From: Pseudomonadota bacterium
Lineage (GTDB): Bacteria; Pseudomonadota; Gammaproteobacteria; JAKAQQ01
Direction of reading: 5' to 3'
DNA length: 64,000 nt
NCBI GenBank assembly: GCA_027320085.1
Contig: DAHVLZ010000009.1
Location: 64,001-128,000, forward strand
The notes under the pieces were generated by a model. It did not search any database and was not told the origin of the DNA. It saw nothing but the letters and a program-made list of their open reading frames with translations. Numbering within the stretch: position 1 is the first letter of the stretch; each line of letters begins with the position of its first letter. The translations under genes and the position numbers were made by a program. Positions 1 to 10,502 of this stretch are shown one piece after another.

Positions 1-3000
1 CGCCGGAAGATCCGGGACAGCGCAAGAAGGATCCCCCCCCCGATCGGGCCACCGAAAATGGCTCCCGCGATCGGCAGTGTGGACCCTATATGGGGGATGA
101 CCAAGGCCACCTGATCATAACTCCGTTTGACGAGGTTGGTTTCCCCGGTAAGCCAGATGGCGATCGAGGAGCCGAAAAGCGTGGCGTCCCGGGTCACCGC
201 CATCCCGTCTCGGATGGAGAAGCTTCCCTCCAGGCGATCGTAACTGAGCCCGCGGGCAAAGACATCGCTGAAATCGAGGCCCAGCCGACGCGGTAGCGCG
301 TTCAGGCTGAGGAGCGCAATGAAGCGTCCGGCACTCCCCGGCTTGATCGCGAGGACGCGGCCGTCCCGGACGGAAAACTGGATGCTGCCCGAGAGCGATG
401 AGCGATCCGGGTGCCAGGGAAGCCCTCGCCAACCCAGATTCAGGGCAAAACGGGCATGCTCCCCGGTCAGAATCCGCTTGATGCCGAGCTGGTGGAATGC
501 CGATCCGACTTTGGGACTCGCGATCTTTGCATTGAGTTCAACCTGTGAACCCGAAGGATTCCAGGTCCATTGGCCCCCACCCGTGATTTTCAGGTCAGGA
601 GCGGTGAGTGCGAGGTGGGAAAAGCGGAGGGTATGAGGAGCAGGATGGATCCATGAAAAGACGACCTGGCCGAGCGAGATCCGTCCATAGCGGGTCTGCG
701 TGCTGGACCAATCGATGTTGGGTAAATCGCCCGGCCTGAGCAGATGAGTGCCGGATCCGGCAAGATGGACCAGCGGGGCGATCTCGAAGCGGCTGAAGTC
801 CAGCCGGATGGGATCCCGGCTGCCCGGGGGGGGAATGAAACCGGTACCGGCGAGAGCCTGTCCCGCCACTTGGAAACGAAGGCCACTCTGTTGCGCCGCC
901 TGGACCGAGAGGCTCAGCGGCCCCAGATTCTGTCCCCAGCCGGTCAGGCGGGCGAGCTGGAGATCCTGGATCTGGAACGGTGGGAAGCCGGGCCCGGAAT
1001 GCGTAAACTCCCGATCGAGCCGCCACCATCCAGCGAGATCGACCGTGCCGAGGCGGCCCGTGACGAGGATTCCGGCCGCCGGAAGAGGACCGGGCTGTCC
1101 TCCAAAATCAATCCGGCCGGCAGACAAAACCGGCCGCCCGGCGACGAAGCGTCCACGGGTTTCGATCCAGGCGATCGGGCCCCAGTGAGCTTGGGCACTG
1201 AAGCGTGAATCTCCGCGGAGCAGGCGACCCTCAAAATCCAGGGTCATGGACTGGTTTTGAACCTTAGCCAGCGGAGCCGGCAGGAGAAGACGGGTACCGA
1301 CCAGATGGCTGACCGCCTTGAGCTGGAGCACGCCCGCAAGGTGCGTGGACGGATAGGACATCTCGGCTTGCCAGTCGGAGGCCCCTTGGACGAGGTGGGA
1401 CAGCGGATGTCCCAAACCCAGCTTTGCCCCATCCAGCGCCCCCACCATCTGGAGATGGGTCTCCCCTCCCCGTGTCCAGGCATTGAAAGTGAGGTGATGG
1501 CCATCCAGACGGGCCGTCACCGCCTGGCTGGTCAGGGCCAGGTTGTCGAAGCGGACGTTTCCTTTGAGATGGTGGAGAACGAGGGGCCAGGGCCGCCAAC
1601 GAAAGCGGTCCCGATCAAAGCGGACCACCCCCTGGATCGTCGGATGATCCAGGGCATGGACGGGGAGCCGGATCTGGACTGAAGCCCAAAGCGGACCTTC
1701 GAGTTCAAGACGGGTAAACAGTCCACTCCAGTGACGGGACAGGGGTGACGAATCGAGATAGCTCACAAGGGTTGAGGCCCGGCCCGCAAAAGTGCTCTGA
1801 ATATGGAGTACGGACCGCTTGAGTTGGGGGATCACAAGACGCGATCCGGTCAGCGGAAAAGCCGCTTCCGTCCCCCCCGCGATCGCAACGGAAAATCCGG
1901 CCCCGGCAAATGCCCCCCGGGCCCGGTCCACCAGAAGATCCGGCCAACCCGGTGCAATGTGGACCTCGGCCTTCTCGAGCGAGAATCCCACTTCAAACCG
2001 CCCACCGCCCCGTGCGAACGGAAAGTCCGCAAGTGCCCCGTCGAAGACGAGATGGGCCTTGGGGACGTTTCCGGCGACGAATGCCTTCGCAAGCCATCGG
2101 TCCAGTCCCGGACTCAGGATCCCGTAGGGGATATCCTGCGCCATGAGCGGGAGTTTGCCATGGTGCAGACGGGCATCCAGATGGAGGGTCGGGCCTCCAC
2201 CTTTGGGGATCTCCAGGACAGCCGTCCGGACCCGGATCGAAAAGGCGCGGGCATGGATCCAGGTGGGGGCAAGACTCAAGCGGATGCCCGCATGCTTCTG
2301 GTAGGCGAGAACGGAACCTCCCCACGCGAGCCTGATCGTCCGTCTGAATAGGCGGTGATCGCGGACCTTAAGAACTGAAGGTGCGAAGATCACGGATCCC
2401 GCCCCGCCCAACCAGTCGAAGCGTCCGGAAAGACCAGACAGTCCAGGCCAGCGCCTCCAAGCCGAACCCCCCACCTGTTTGAACCGTCCCGAGGCCGAAC
2501 GCACACCCAAACCACCCTTGGCAACCACGAATCGGGTCGCCAGGCCGTCGAGCTGGCCTACGGGTTTCACATGACCCAGGAGGATGGCCACCGCGCGAAT
2601 CGTCGGGAACTGCCTGATCAGCGGCACGAAGGGTTCGAGCGTTCCCAGGAAAAACCGGTGGGCTCCGAGTTGATAGGTTGTCTCGCCAGGATGCGTCATC
2701 CTCCAGCCGATCTCGAGATCCTCGCGACGAACCGGATGACCCGGCTGAACGACGAGCAGAGGGGACAAAATGGCCTGCCGGCGGGTCCAGTCCACGTTGA
2801 ATCCCGTCCGAATCCGGATGGGGAGTGCCTGGAGCGGGTCCGCTCGACGTTCCTGGCCGAGTCCGGTCACCGCGAGGGATCCCCGGAGATGGGCGGGCTC
2901 GTGCCCTAGCCCGGAACCCTCGAAGAGGAGCGAGACCCGGCTCCTTTCGAGTCCCCGGACCGGCAGGGTAACACCGAGCGGGGGCAGAATCCCTGGCTTG

Positions 3001-3722
3001 AAACCCAAGACCTGACCCCGGACATGCCAGTGCCAGAGACCGGGATTCGTTCGCGGACCCCGTGCATGGGCGTCGAGATCAAGAGTCCGGATCCCATGAG
3101 GAGACACCCGTGCCTTAAGCCTCACTCGGTACTGGTCGTCCCGGACCGAGATCCGGAAGCGGGAGACCTGGATCAGGATGGGCGGACTTTCACCGTCGGG
3201 CACCAACCGGATCACGGCATCACGGAATTCCAGGCGGGCATCCTGAGCAATGACGGCGAGGGAGGCTGCAAGCGGGGGCAGGCGGGATTGTTGTACTCCG
3301 GCCCAGGGCAGGAGCCACTGTCCGGCCGCGCTCCGCCGGAGGGTCAAATGGAATCCGTGGAGGGTCACTCCACTCGGCAGCCATCTCCCGTTCTCCACCA
3401 TGACCGGGATCGACAGATGAATCACGATCTGGCGGGCACGCGCCAAAGGAGCACTCCGGTGGGAAACCCCGAGCACCACGGAATCCAAGACGAGTTCGGG
3501 ACCGAGTCCGCTCCAGCGGGCCTCAATATCATGGATGGTGAGCGGCACGCCAATGACCCGGGAAGCCCACCTTTCAACCTCCCGGCGGTAGGCCGGAACG
3601 GTGAGTGCCGCGAGACGAAACAAGCCCACTCCGGTGGCCGCCCCGATCACCGCGACGGCCACGAGCCCCGCCAGGACACGGATCCAGAGGCGTCGGTGGC
3701 GCACAGCAGACTTTGACTCCAT
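1..3722 (-). CDS. yhdP: YhdP family (AsmA-like/DUF3971) intermembrane phospholipid bridge protein, 3' end outside window
   Basis: Missing from the ORF track because there is no stop codon in the window. Manual translation from ATG 3722: MESKSAVRHRRLWIRVLAGLVAVAVIGAATGVGLFRL...EARWSGLGPELVLDSV (N-terminal TM, YhdP-like start). The same frame at the left edge reads YDQVALVIPHIGSTLPIAGAIFGGPIGGGILLALSRIFR, a typical YhdP C-terminus. The middle was not translated codon by codon. Confidence 0.85.
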   Translation of the reverse strand, partial: MESKSAVRHRRLWIRVLAGLVAVAVIGAATGVGLFRLAALTVPAYRREVERWASRVIGVPLTIHDIEARWSGLGPELVLDSVVLGVSHRSAPLARARQIVIHLSIPVMVENGRWLPSGVTLHGFHLTLRRSAAGQWLLPWAGVQQSRLPPLAASLAVIAQDARLEFRDAVIRLVPDGESPPILIQVSRFRISVRDDQYRVRLKARVSPHGIRTLDLDAHARGPRTNPGLWHWHVRGQVLGFKPGILPPLGVTLPVRGLERSRVSLLFEGSGLGHEPAHLRGSLAVTGLGQERRADPLQALPIRIRTGFNVDWTRRQAILSPLLVVQPGHPVRREDLEIGWRMTHPGETTYQLGAHRFFLGTLEPFVPLIRQFPTIRAVAILLGHVKPVGQLDGLATRFVVAKGGLGVRSASGRFKQVGGSAWRRWPGLSGLSGRFDWLGGAGSVIFAPSVLKVRDHRLFRRTIRLAWGGSVLAYQKHAGIRLSLAPTWIHARAFSIRVRTAVLEIPKGGGPTLHLDARLHHGKLPLMAQDIPYGILSPGLDRWLAKAFVAGNVPKAHLVFDGALADFPFARGGGRFEVGFSLEKAEVHIAPGWPDLLVDRARGAFAGAGFSVAIAGGTEAAFPLTGSRLVIPQLKRSVLHIQSTFAGRASTLVSYLDSSPLSRHWSGLFTRLELEGPLWASVQIRLPVHALDHPTIQGVVRFDRDRFRWRPWPLVLHHLKGNVRFDNLALTSQAVTARLDGHHLTFNAWTRGGETHLQMVGALDGAKLGLGHPLSHLVQGASDWQAEMSYPSTHLAGVLQLKAVSHLVGTRLLLPAPLAKVQNQSMTLDFEGRLLRGDSRFSAQAHWGPIAWIETRGRFVAGRPVLSAGRIDFGGQPGPLPAAGILVTGRLGTVDLAGWWRLDREFTHSGPGFPPFQIQDLQLARLTGWGQNLGPLSLSVQAAQQSGLRFQVAGQALAGTGFIPPPGSRDPIRLDFSRFEIAPLVHLAGSGTHLLRPGDLPNIDWSSTQTRYGRISLGQVVFSWIHPAPHTLRFSHLALTAPDLKITGGGQWTWNPSGSQVELNAKIASPKVGSAFHQLGIKRILTGEHARFALNLGWRGLPWHPDRSSLSGSIQFSVRDGRVLAIKPGSAGRFIALLSLNALPRRLGLDFSDVFARGLSYDRLEGSFSIRDGMAVTRDATLFGSSIAIWLTGETNLVKRSYDQVALVIPHIGSTLPIAGAIFGGPIGGGILLALSRIFR

Positions 3723-3829
3723 CAGTCCAAGGCTCTCGCTCAGGATTCAGGGAACCCGGGGTTCCGAGTCCACGTTCAAGTCACGTGACAGGAGGGATTG
3801 TCGCACACTGAGCGGCCTCTCCCAAGCCG

Positions 3830-3860
3830 AAAAGCCAACCCCAGGGGAAGGGGGTCTGGC
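3830..3860 (-). terminator. Probable intrinsic terminator after rsfS
   Basis: Minus strand GCCAGACCCC-cttcccct-GGGGTTGGC-TTTT directly after the rsfS stop; one bulge and a short U tract. Confidence 0.5.
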
Positions 3861-4235
3861 CTACCCGTCCGGTTGAAGGCCCTCGACCGGCTCAGACCAG
3901 CCCCAGAGTTTTTCGAGTTGGTAAAACCGCCTGAGATCGGGCAGCATGAGATGGACGATCACGTCATCAAGATCAACCAAGATCCAGCCGCCGGTCCGTT
4001 CTCCCTCGCTGCCGATCACCGGTCGCCCGGCTTCCCGTGCCGCCTCGCGGATCCGCTCCGCCAGGGTTCGCAACTGGCGATCCGAAGTCCCGCTCGCAAT
4101 CAGGAAGTGATCCGCCAAAGTCGTGAGTCCGCGGACATCCAGCCGGACGATCTCGTGGCCATGGTGATCCCGGATCAGCGTTTCGAGCAGATCGAGCCAG
4201 TGCGCCGTGCTGAGGGTTTTCTTAGGGTGGATCAT
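3861..4235 (-). CDS. rsfS: Ribosome silencing factor RsfS (Iojap)
   Basis: LDVRGLTTLADHFLIASGTSDRQ, WILVDLDDVIVHLM, FYQLEKLW. ATG 4235 overlaps the end of nadD. Confidence 0.93.
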   Translation of the reverse strand: MIHPKKTLSTAHWLDLLETLIRDHHGHEIVRLDVRGLTTLADHFLIASGTSDRQLRTLAERIREAAREAGRPVIGSEGERTGGWILVDLDDVIVHLMLPDLRRFYQLEKLWGWSEPVEGLQPDG

Positions 4236-4860
4236 AGCAACCCGCCCGCTCGAGGGTTCCTTGGAGGGAGGCCGGAACGAGATAGTCGAGAGAGAGCCCC
4301 TGGTGGATCCGGTCCCGGATCGCCGTGGCTGAAATGCCGAGTGCAGTGACCCGAAGGTAGAGGACATCCCCGGCCGGATCCTGCCTCAATCTGGCCAGAT
4401 CATCCGTTCTTCCACTCCGGCACCAACCCGGTGCCTCATCCGGGAGCACGGCGGGAAAGCCGGGGCGGAGGAGAACGATCCAATGCGCGAGCTGACCCAG
4501 ACGGTTCGGCTCCCGCCACTGGTGCAAGCGCGAGAAGGCATCTGAGCCTACGATCCAGTACAGTCGACTCTCGGGCTCCTCTTCCCGGATTCCAAGGAGC
4601 GTCTCGACCGTATGGCTCGCACCCCCGCGGCGTAACTCTCGATCATCCAGAATCCATCCCGGCCGATCCCCCATCGCCCGCTCAAGCCAGTCCCGTCGGA
4701 GGCTGCCGGACGCCCGGGGGGAAGGTTTCCCCGGTGAGTTTGCACAGGGAATGAAACGCAACTCATCCAGTCCGAGATGCTCCATCACCTCGATCGCTGC
4801 ACGCAGGTGACCCACATGGACGGGATCGAAAGAGCCGCCGAAAAGCCCGATGTACCTCAC
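4222..4860 (-). CDS. nadD: Nicotinate-nucleotide adenylyltransferase
   Basis: GGSFDPVHVGHL (HxGH), WIVGSDAF, ISATAIR; holA-nadD-rsfS synteny. Confidence 0.95.
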   Translation of the reverse strand: MRYIGLFGGSFDPVHVGHLRAAIEVMEHLGLDELRFIPCANSPGKPSPRASGSLRRDWLERAMGDRPGWILDDRELRRGGASHTVETLLGIREEEPESRLYWIVGSDAFSRLHQWREPNRLGQLAHWIVLLRPGFPAVLPDEAPGWCRSGRTDDLARLRQDPAGDVLYLRVTALGISATAIRDRIHQGLSLDYLVPASLQGTLERAGCYDPP

Positions 4861-5837
4861 ACCCGCTCTCCGATCCCCGGAACGCCGCTCATGTGCAGGA
4901 CAAGCCTGAGGAGGGTATCTCCCGCCCGGCCGGGCTTTCGTCCCTTGATCACGAGGTCAGCCCGGGCCGCCTCCTCCAGCCGGCGGTACCAGAACGGGCG
5001 GCCGCGCCGCCGCGCCTTGTCGTACAAGCTTTGCTTGCGGGGTGGTGCCTGCGATCCTCCGGCGCCGAGCACAGCATGGATCTCGTGAACCAGTGTCCCG
5101 AGAACAAGTGGCCACTCCCCGGTCGTCTCAGCCAAGGTCCGAAAAATCTCGAAAACCCGTCCGGGATTTTCACTCAAGGCCGCCTCGGCCAAGTCAAACG
5201 GTCCGTAATGCGCAGACGCACCGAGCACCTCGGCCACCTCGGGCCCGGTCACGGGGTGATCGGGCTCGTCGAGTTCGAGGATCCTGAGCGCCGCTTCGAG
5301 TCCCAGGAGGTTTCCCTCGGTCAGTGCCGCAAGGAGCTCACGGCCGTCGGAACCGAACTTTACGCCGTGCCCGCGGGAGCGCCGCTCCACTTCCGCATCC
5401 CAGCGGGCCGGATCCGGCGGCCAGCATTCCACAACCTGGGCACGGGAGGCGAAACGGCTGTAGAGCGCACCCTGCCGGACACCTCGATCCAGGCTGGGCA
5501 GGTGAACCGCAAGCCACGTATCTGGGGTGGCCGCCTGTTCCAAAAGGTCACCGAGCGCAGATGCGCCGGCCGCCTGCAGGGTCGGGGTCGAAAGGTGCAC
5601 CTCGAAAAGCCGTCGCTCCGAAAACAGCGAGCCGGTCCGGTAATCGTCGAAAAATCCCGGATCCAACGTGCGTTCAGGCCGGAAAACCCGGCGCTCGTAG
5701 GATCCCATTCGCCCCATCCGTTTCCGGATCCAGTCCCAAACCTCTCCGACCAGGATTGGATCACTCCCAGCAATAAGCCAGAACGGAGCCTCTCCGAAGC
5801 GGTCGAACTCCTCGAGCTGCCGGGGTACGTACTTCAC
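4857..5837 (-). CDS. holA: DNA polymerase III delta subunit
   Basis: GSLFSERRL, TEGNLL, ADLVIKG; conserved leuS-lptE-holA-nadD order. Confidence 0.88.
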   Translation of the reverse strand: MKYVPRQLEEFDRFGEAPFWLIAGSDPILVGEVWDWIRKRMGRMGSYERRVFRPERTLDPGFFDDYRTGSLFSERRLFEVHLSTPTLQAAGASALGDLLEQAATPDTWLAVHLPSLDRGVRQGALYSRFASRAQVVECWPPDPARWDAEVERRSRGHGVKFGSDGRELLAALTEGNLLGLEAALRILELDEPDHPVTGPEVAEVLGASAHYGPFDLAEAALSENPGRVFEIFRTLAETTGEWPLVLGTLVHEIHAVLGAGGSQAPPRKQSLYDKARRRGRPFWYRRLEEAARADLVIKGRKPGRAGDTLLRLVLHMSGVPGIGERV

Positions 5838-6406
5838 GGATGCGGGGCCGGCGACGGACTGTGGGTGGAGGCTCTCTGACGGAGGCGGGGGGCTGAAAGG
5901 CGCAGGAGGATCAGGCGGGCCGCCTTCGATTCGAGTGATCGGGTGAGATTATAGGCTTGGGAGGTCATGGCGAGCGTGGCCAGAGGAAGGTAGAAATAGG
6001 TCCGCCGGATACGCAGGGTGGTCGGGCGCAGGATGATCCGGTGTCCCTTGAGCAGGGTGAAGCGGACGTGGTAACTCATGAGGTACTCGGCCGGTTCGCC
6101 CTGGCCGTTGACCGCGAGGATGCGTGAACGGATGAAGGCCTTCTGGATGGTGAGTGTCGAGGCGTGAGGCTTGCGGACTGACACCACGGCAAATCCTGCA
6201 CGCTCGAACCGTTCCCGGAGGACGAGCGCCAGGTATCCGTTGGGATCCGGTGCCACGAGCGCCAGGGGCGCCAGGCTCCGGGGCAGATGATAGGCGGTCC
6301 CCAGAGCAAAGCCGCAGCCTGAAAGCCCGAGCGCGAAGACGATCACCATACCCCGCTGGAAGCAGCGCCGCCACTCATCTCTCCCCGGACGTGGCCGTCC
6401 GTTCAC
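5834..6406 (-). CDS. lptE: LPS assembly lipoprotein LptE
   Basis: Lipobox LGLSGC followed by GF; lies between leuS and holA. GTG 6406 overlaps the leuS stop (start uncertain). Confidence 0.85.
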   Translation of the reverse strand: MNGRPRPGRDEWRRCFQRGMVIVFALGLSGCGFALGTAYHLPRSLAPLALVAPDPNGYLALVLRERFERAGFAVVSVRKPHASTLTIQKAFIRSRILAVNGQGEPAEYLMSYHVRFTLLKGHRIILRPTTLRIRRTYFYLPLATLAMTSQAYNLTRSLESKAARLILLRLSAPRLRQRASTHSPSPAPHP

Positions 6407-8877
6407 GGTGGGACCGGCTCCTTGCGCAAAACCACGTTGACGAGCCTCCCGGGAACCATGACCCAGCGTTCCACGGCTTCCTGTGGAATGTGGCGGGCAA
6501 GCCCGGCATCCGCCAAGATGCGCGAACGGATCTCGGACTCGGATTCGTCGCGGCTCACCGACAGGCTCCCCCGCCTCTTCCCGTTCACCTGCACCACGAT
6601 CTCCCATCGCTCACGCTCAAGCGCACGGGGATCCGCTTCCGGCCAGGGGTGCAGCGCGAGGAGACCCACGCCATCCATCCGGCTCCAAAGCGCCTCCGTG
6701 ATGTGGGGTGCCACAGGATGCAAGAGCACAAGAAGCGTCCGGACGACCTGATCGAGGAGCACACGGTCCATGGGGGCACCCGGTTCGAAGCGGTTTGCGG
6801 AGTGGGTGAGCTCCATGAGCTTGGCCAGGGCCGTATTGAAGGTCTCCCGGACTCCGTAATCGTGGCTGACACCGGCAATCGTTTCATGGAGCCTCACCCA
6901 CAAGTGGCGTCCCTCGGCCGAGAGGGCCGCCGGATCCACTGTCCCGTGGGATCGTCTCGCGGCTGAATCGTCCACCAGGCGCCAGAGGCGTTTCAGATAA
7001 CGCTCGGCACCCTCCACACCTTGTTCCGACCACTCGAGTGATTGATCCGGGGGAGCGGCAAACATCATGAAGAAGCGGGCCGTATCCGCACCATACCGGG
7101 CGATGATCACCTCGGGATCCACCACGTTGCCTTTCGATTTCGACATTTTGGCCCCGTCCTTGAGAACCATCCCCTGGCTGAGCAGGCGGGTGAAGGGCTC
7201 GTCGCCCTGGACCCAGCCCAGATCCCGCAGTAGCTTGTGGAAGAAGCGGGCATAGAGCAGATGAAGAACCGCGTGCTCGATGCCGCCCACATACTGATCA
7301 ACCGGCAACCAGTGATGAACCCGTTCATCCAGGATGGCATCCTTGCAGTTGTAGGCGGCATAACGGGCGTAGTACCAGGAGGATTCCATGAAGGTGTCGA
7401 AGGTATCGGTCTCCCGCCGTGCCGGACGATGACAGTTCGGGCAGGGCGTGACAAAAAACCGCTCGTCCTCAATGAGCGGTGAGCTCACGCCGGAAAACGC
7501 CACGTCTTCGGGCAGTCGCACGGGCAGGTCTTTTGCCGGAACCGGCACCGTTCCGCAATCCGGACAGTGCACGATGGGAATCGGGCACCCCCAGTAGCGC
7601 TGGCGCGAGACACCCCAGTCCCTGAGGCGATAGCGCACACTGGCCCGGGCGAGGCCCTGACCGCCCAACCATTCCCCAACCCGCAACCGGGCCTCTGCGC
7701 TATCCAGTCCGTCGAGTCCCGGGGAGTCAAAAACCACGCCTTCCGCCGTCAGGGCCTGCTCTTGAAGATCCCCCTCCCCATCTCCGGGCAGACGGATGAC
7801 GGAGCGGATCGGCAAATCGTATCGGCGGGCAAAATCATGGTCACGTGCATCGTGCGCAGGAACGGCCATGATGGCACCGGTGCCATACCCTTCCAGAACG
7901 AAACTCGCGGCCCAGACCGGAAGGGCTTCGCCGGTCATGGGATGCCTGACCCGGAGTGCCAACGGCACCCCTTGCCGGTCGGCGGTCTCGATGGCTGCCT
8001 CCCGCATTTCCCGCTGGCGCATGTTTCTCACGAAATCGGCCAGGGCGGAATCTTTTTGAGCCGCCTCCAGAACGACAGGATGTTCCGGCGCCAAGGCCAG
8101 ATACGTCACCCCGAAAATCGTGTCCGCCCGCGTCGTAAAGACACGGATCGCGCCCTTTCCATCCATCCTCTCGAAATCGATTTCGAGTCCACTCGAGCGG
8201 CCGATCCAGTTGCGCTGCATCCTGCGCACTTCCTCCGGCCAGCCGGTCAGTGTCTCGAGTCCCCCGAGCAGTTCCTCGGCGTACGCCGTGATCCGGATAA
8301 ACCACTGCGCCACTTCGCGTCGAACCACCGGGGCCCCGGAACGCCAGCCGCGACCATCGATGACCTGCTCATTGGCCAAAACCGTCTGGTCCACGGGATC
8401 CCAGTTGACCCAGGCTTTCTCGCGGTAGGCCAGTCCCCGTCGATACAACTCGGTAAAGAGCCACTGTTCCCACCGGTAGTACTCGGGCCGGCAGGTCACG
8501 ATTTCACGACGCCAGTCGTAGCCGAAACCCAGACGGTTGAGCTGGTCTTTCATGGTGGCCACGTTGCTTTCGGTCCAGCGAGCCGGCGAGGTTCGGTTCT
8601 GGATGGCCGCGTTCTCCGCCGGAAGCCCGAAGGCATCGAAGCCCATCGGTTGCAGGACGGCAAAACCGTTCATGCGGCGATAGCGGGCCACGACGTCCCC
8701 GATCGTATAGTTGCGGACATGCCCCATGTGCAACCGACCGCTGGGATAGGGGAACATGGAAAGGACGTAGTAGGGAGGACGAGGATCGCTCTCCTCGACC
8801 TCGAAAACGCGTTCTTTTTGCCAGCGCGACTGCGCCCAGGCCTCGATGGTCTCGGGATCGTATCGGTTGTCGGTCAT
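6403..8877 (-). CDS. leuS: Leucine--tRNA ligase
   Basis: MFPYPSGRLHMGH (HIGH), KMSKS, editing domain. Start taken at MTDNRYDP (ATG 8877). Confidence 0.98.
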   Translation of the reverse strand: MTDNRYDPETIEAWAQSRWQKERVFEVEESDPRPPYYVLSMFPYPSGRLHMGHVRNYTIGDVVARYRRMNGFAVLQPMGFDAFGLPAENAAIQNRTSPARWTESNVATMKDQLNRLGFGYDWRREIVTCRPEYYRWEQWLFTELYRRGLAYREKAWVNWDPVDQTVLANEQVIDGRGWRSGAPVVRREVAQWFIRITAYAEELLGGLETLTGWPEEVRRMQRNWIGRSSGLEIDFERMDGKGAIRVFTTRADTIFGVTYLALAPEHPVVLEAAQKDSALADFVRNMRQREMREAAIETADRQGVPLALRVRHPMTGEALPVWAASFVLEGYGTGAIMAVPAHDARDHDFARRYDLPIRSVIRLPGDGEGDLQEQALTAEGVVFDSPGLDGLDSAEARLRVGEWLGGQGLARASVRYRLRDWGVSRQRYWGCPIPIVHCPDCGTVPVPAKDLPVRLPEDVAFSGVSSPLIEDERFFVTPCPNCHRPARRETDTFDTFMESSWYYARYAAYNCKDAILDERVHHWLPVDQYVGGIEHAVLHLLYARFFHKLLRDLGWVQGDEPFTRLLSQGMVLKDGAKMSKSKGNVVDPEVIIARYGADTARFFMMFAAPPDQSLEWSEQGVEGAERYLKRLWRLVDDSAARRSHGTVDPAALSAEGRHLWVRLHETIAGVSHDYGVRETFNTALAKLMELTHSANRFEPGAPMDRVLLDQVVRTLLVLLHPVAPHITEALWSRMDGVGLLALHPWPEADPRALERERWEIVVQVNGKRRGSLSVSRDESESEIRSRILADAGLARHIPQEAVERWVMVPGRLVNVVLRKEPVPP

Positions 8878-8942
8878 AAGCCCTTCAATACCGGATCCGC
8901 AACCCGGGGCAGGCTGGGCGTGATCCGGCCAAGATGGAAGGA

Positions 8943-10502
8943 TCATAAAACATCCCCGGCACCCACGCCATGTGCGGGCATGCCCCGGACACGCAGGGCT
9001 TCCCAAAACCCGCCCCCGAACAACAAGAGGAGGGCCAGAACCACGATCGGCCGGTCTCCCCACCGGTCATAGGGCGTAAGCCCGGCTTCCGGCTGGAGGT
9101 GGCCGGTCAGGACCAGGGGCAGGAAAGGGGGCAGACGGCCGATCACCTGACCTCTTTCGTCAATCAGTCCGGAAATGGCCGTATTGTCGGCCCGCGCGAG
9201 CGGTCGGCCGGTTTCGAGCGCCCGCATCCGGGCCATCTGGAACTGCTGATCCGGCCCGATGGTCCGCCCGAACCAGGCATCGTCACTCACGTTGATGAGC
9301 CAGTTGGCGTAAGGGAGGGAACGGCGGATATCACGCCCAAACGCATCTTCATAACAGATCGAAATCCCGGCCCATCGTCCATCGACCCGGAACGGTCTTT
9401 GCACGGCGGCACCCATCGTGAAACTCGAATGGGGCAACTTCCAGTCCCGAAGCCAGTTCCGGACGAACCCCGGGACCGGAAAATATTCACCGTACGGGAC
9501 CAGGTGATGTTTGTCGTAAAAGCGCACCGGGCCGGATCCGATCCGGACGGCCGAGTTGTAGCGGCCACCATTCCGGAAATCATAGTGAAAGACCCCCGCA
9601 ATGAGCGTGGCCCCCTTTTCCCGGATCCTACGCCGGAGTCTTTGGAGCGGTCCTTCCGCCTCTTCGTACCAGGTGGAAACCGCTGATTCGGGCCAGACCA
9701 CCACCCGTCCCGGCCGCCAGAGTGTGGAACTCAGGGTCTCGTAGCGGGCCAGCCCAACCCGCCAGGCGCCCGGTGTGAACTTCATCCGCTGCGGGATGTC
9801 TCCCTGGACCACGCTCACGGCAACCGGGGGGCCGGCCGGCCGGGTCCAGGAGATCGCCGAGAGGGCAGGCGCGAGAAGCCAGACCGCGCTCAGCATGGCC
9901 AGTGCGGTCCAGCGACGGCGGGGATCGGGCAGGCGGAGGGAGGCCACAACCAGTCCAGCGGTCAGCGATAGAACGAAACTCACGCCGAGCGTCCCCAGGA
10001 CCGGAGCATATCCCTGGGCCAGAACCCCTCCGACCGCACTGTAACCGAGATCGAGCCAGGGAAATCCGGTCAAGATCCAGCCCCGAACCCACTCGGCCAG
10101 AATCCAGAGTGCGGGCAGCACGAGCGCATAGCGCGGGAAGCCGGGATGGGGAGCGAGACGGGCGGCGGTCCAACCGGCTCCCGCGATGAAAGCAGCGCAC
10201 GCGAGGGTCAGGGAAAAAACCAAACCCCAGGCGAGGAACAAGGGTTCATGGCCAACCACAAAGATACTGTGGACGATCCAGTAGATGCCAAAGCCGAAAA
10301 GACCGACTCCGAAAAAGAGACCGTAAAGGGCCGCCCGCGCCGGCCGGCTATCGTCCCAGAGCCAAAACAGGAGGGCGGGAGCCAGAAAGCCGAGTGCCCA
10401 TTGATCAAACGGAGCAAAGGCAAAAACGAGGCACACCCCGCCAGCCAGGGCGAACGCGCAACGGACGAGTGGGTGCATCCACCCCCGTGACCCCCAGTTC
10501 AT
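8943..10502 (-). CDS. lnt: Apolipoprotein N-acyltransferase
   Basis: TM N-terminus, GFPW; catalytic triad motifs WPES, KHHLVPYGEY, ICYED. Confidence 0.95.
   Translation of the reverse strand: MNWGSRGWMHPLVRCAFALAGGVCLVFAFAPFDQWALGFLAPALLFWLWDDSRPARAALYGLFFGVGLFGFGIYWIVHSIFVVGHEPLFLAWGLVFSLTLACAAFIAGAGWTAARLAPHPGFPRYALVLPALWILAEWVRGWILTGFPWLDLGYSAVGGVLAQGYAPVLGTLGVSFVLSLTAGLVVASLRLPDPRRRWTALAMLSAVWLLAPALSAISWTRPAGPPVAVSVVQGDIPQRMKFTPGAWRVGLARYETLSSTLWRPGRVVVWPESAVSTWYEEAEGPLQRLRRRIREKGATLIAGVFHYDFRNGGRYNSAVRIGSGPVRFYDKHHLVPYGEYFPVPGFVRNWLRDWKLPHSSFTMGAAVQRPFRVDGRWAGISICYEDAFGRDIRRSLPYANWLINVSDDAWFGRTIGPDQQFQMARMRALETGRPLARADNTAISGLIDERGQVIGRLPPFLPLVLTGHLQPEAGLTPYDRWGDRPIVVLALLLLFGGGFWEALRVRGMPAHGVGAGDVL

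Noticed and set aside
90-3716. Many short ORFs listed on both strands in the first 3.7 kb
   Set aside because: Explained as shadows of the single long minus-strand yhdP frame that the track missed.
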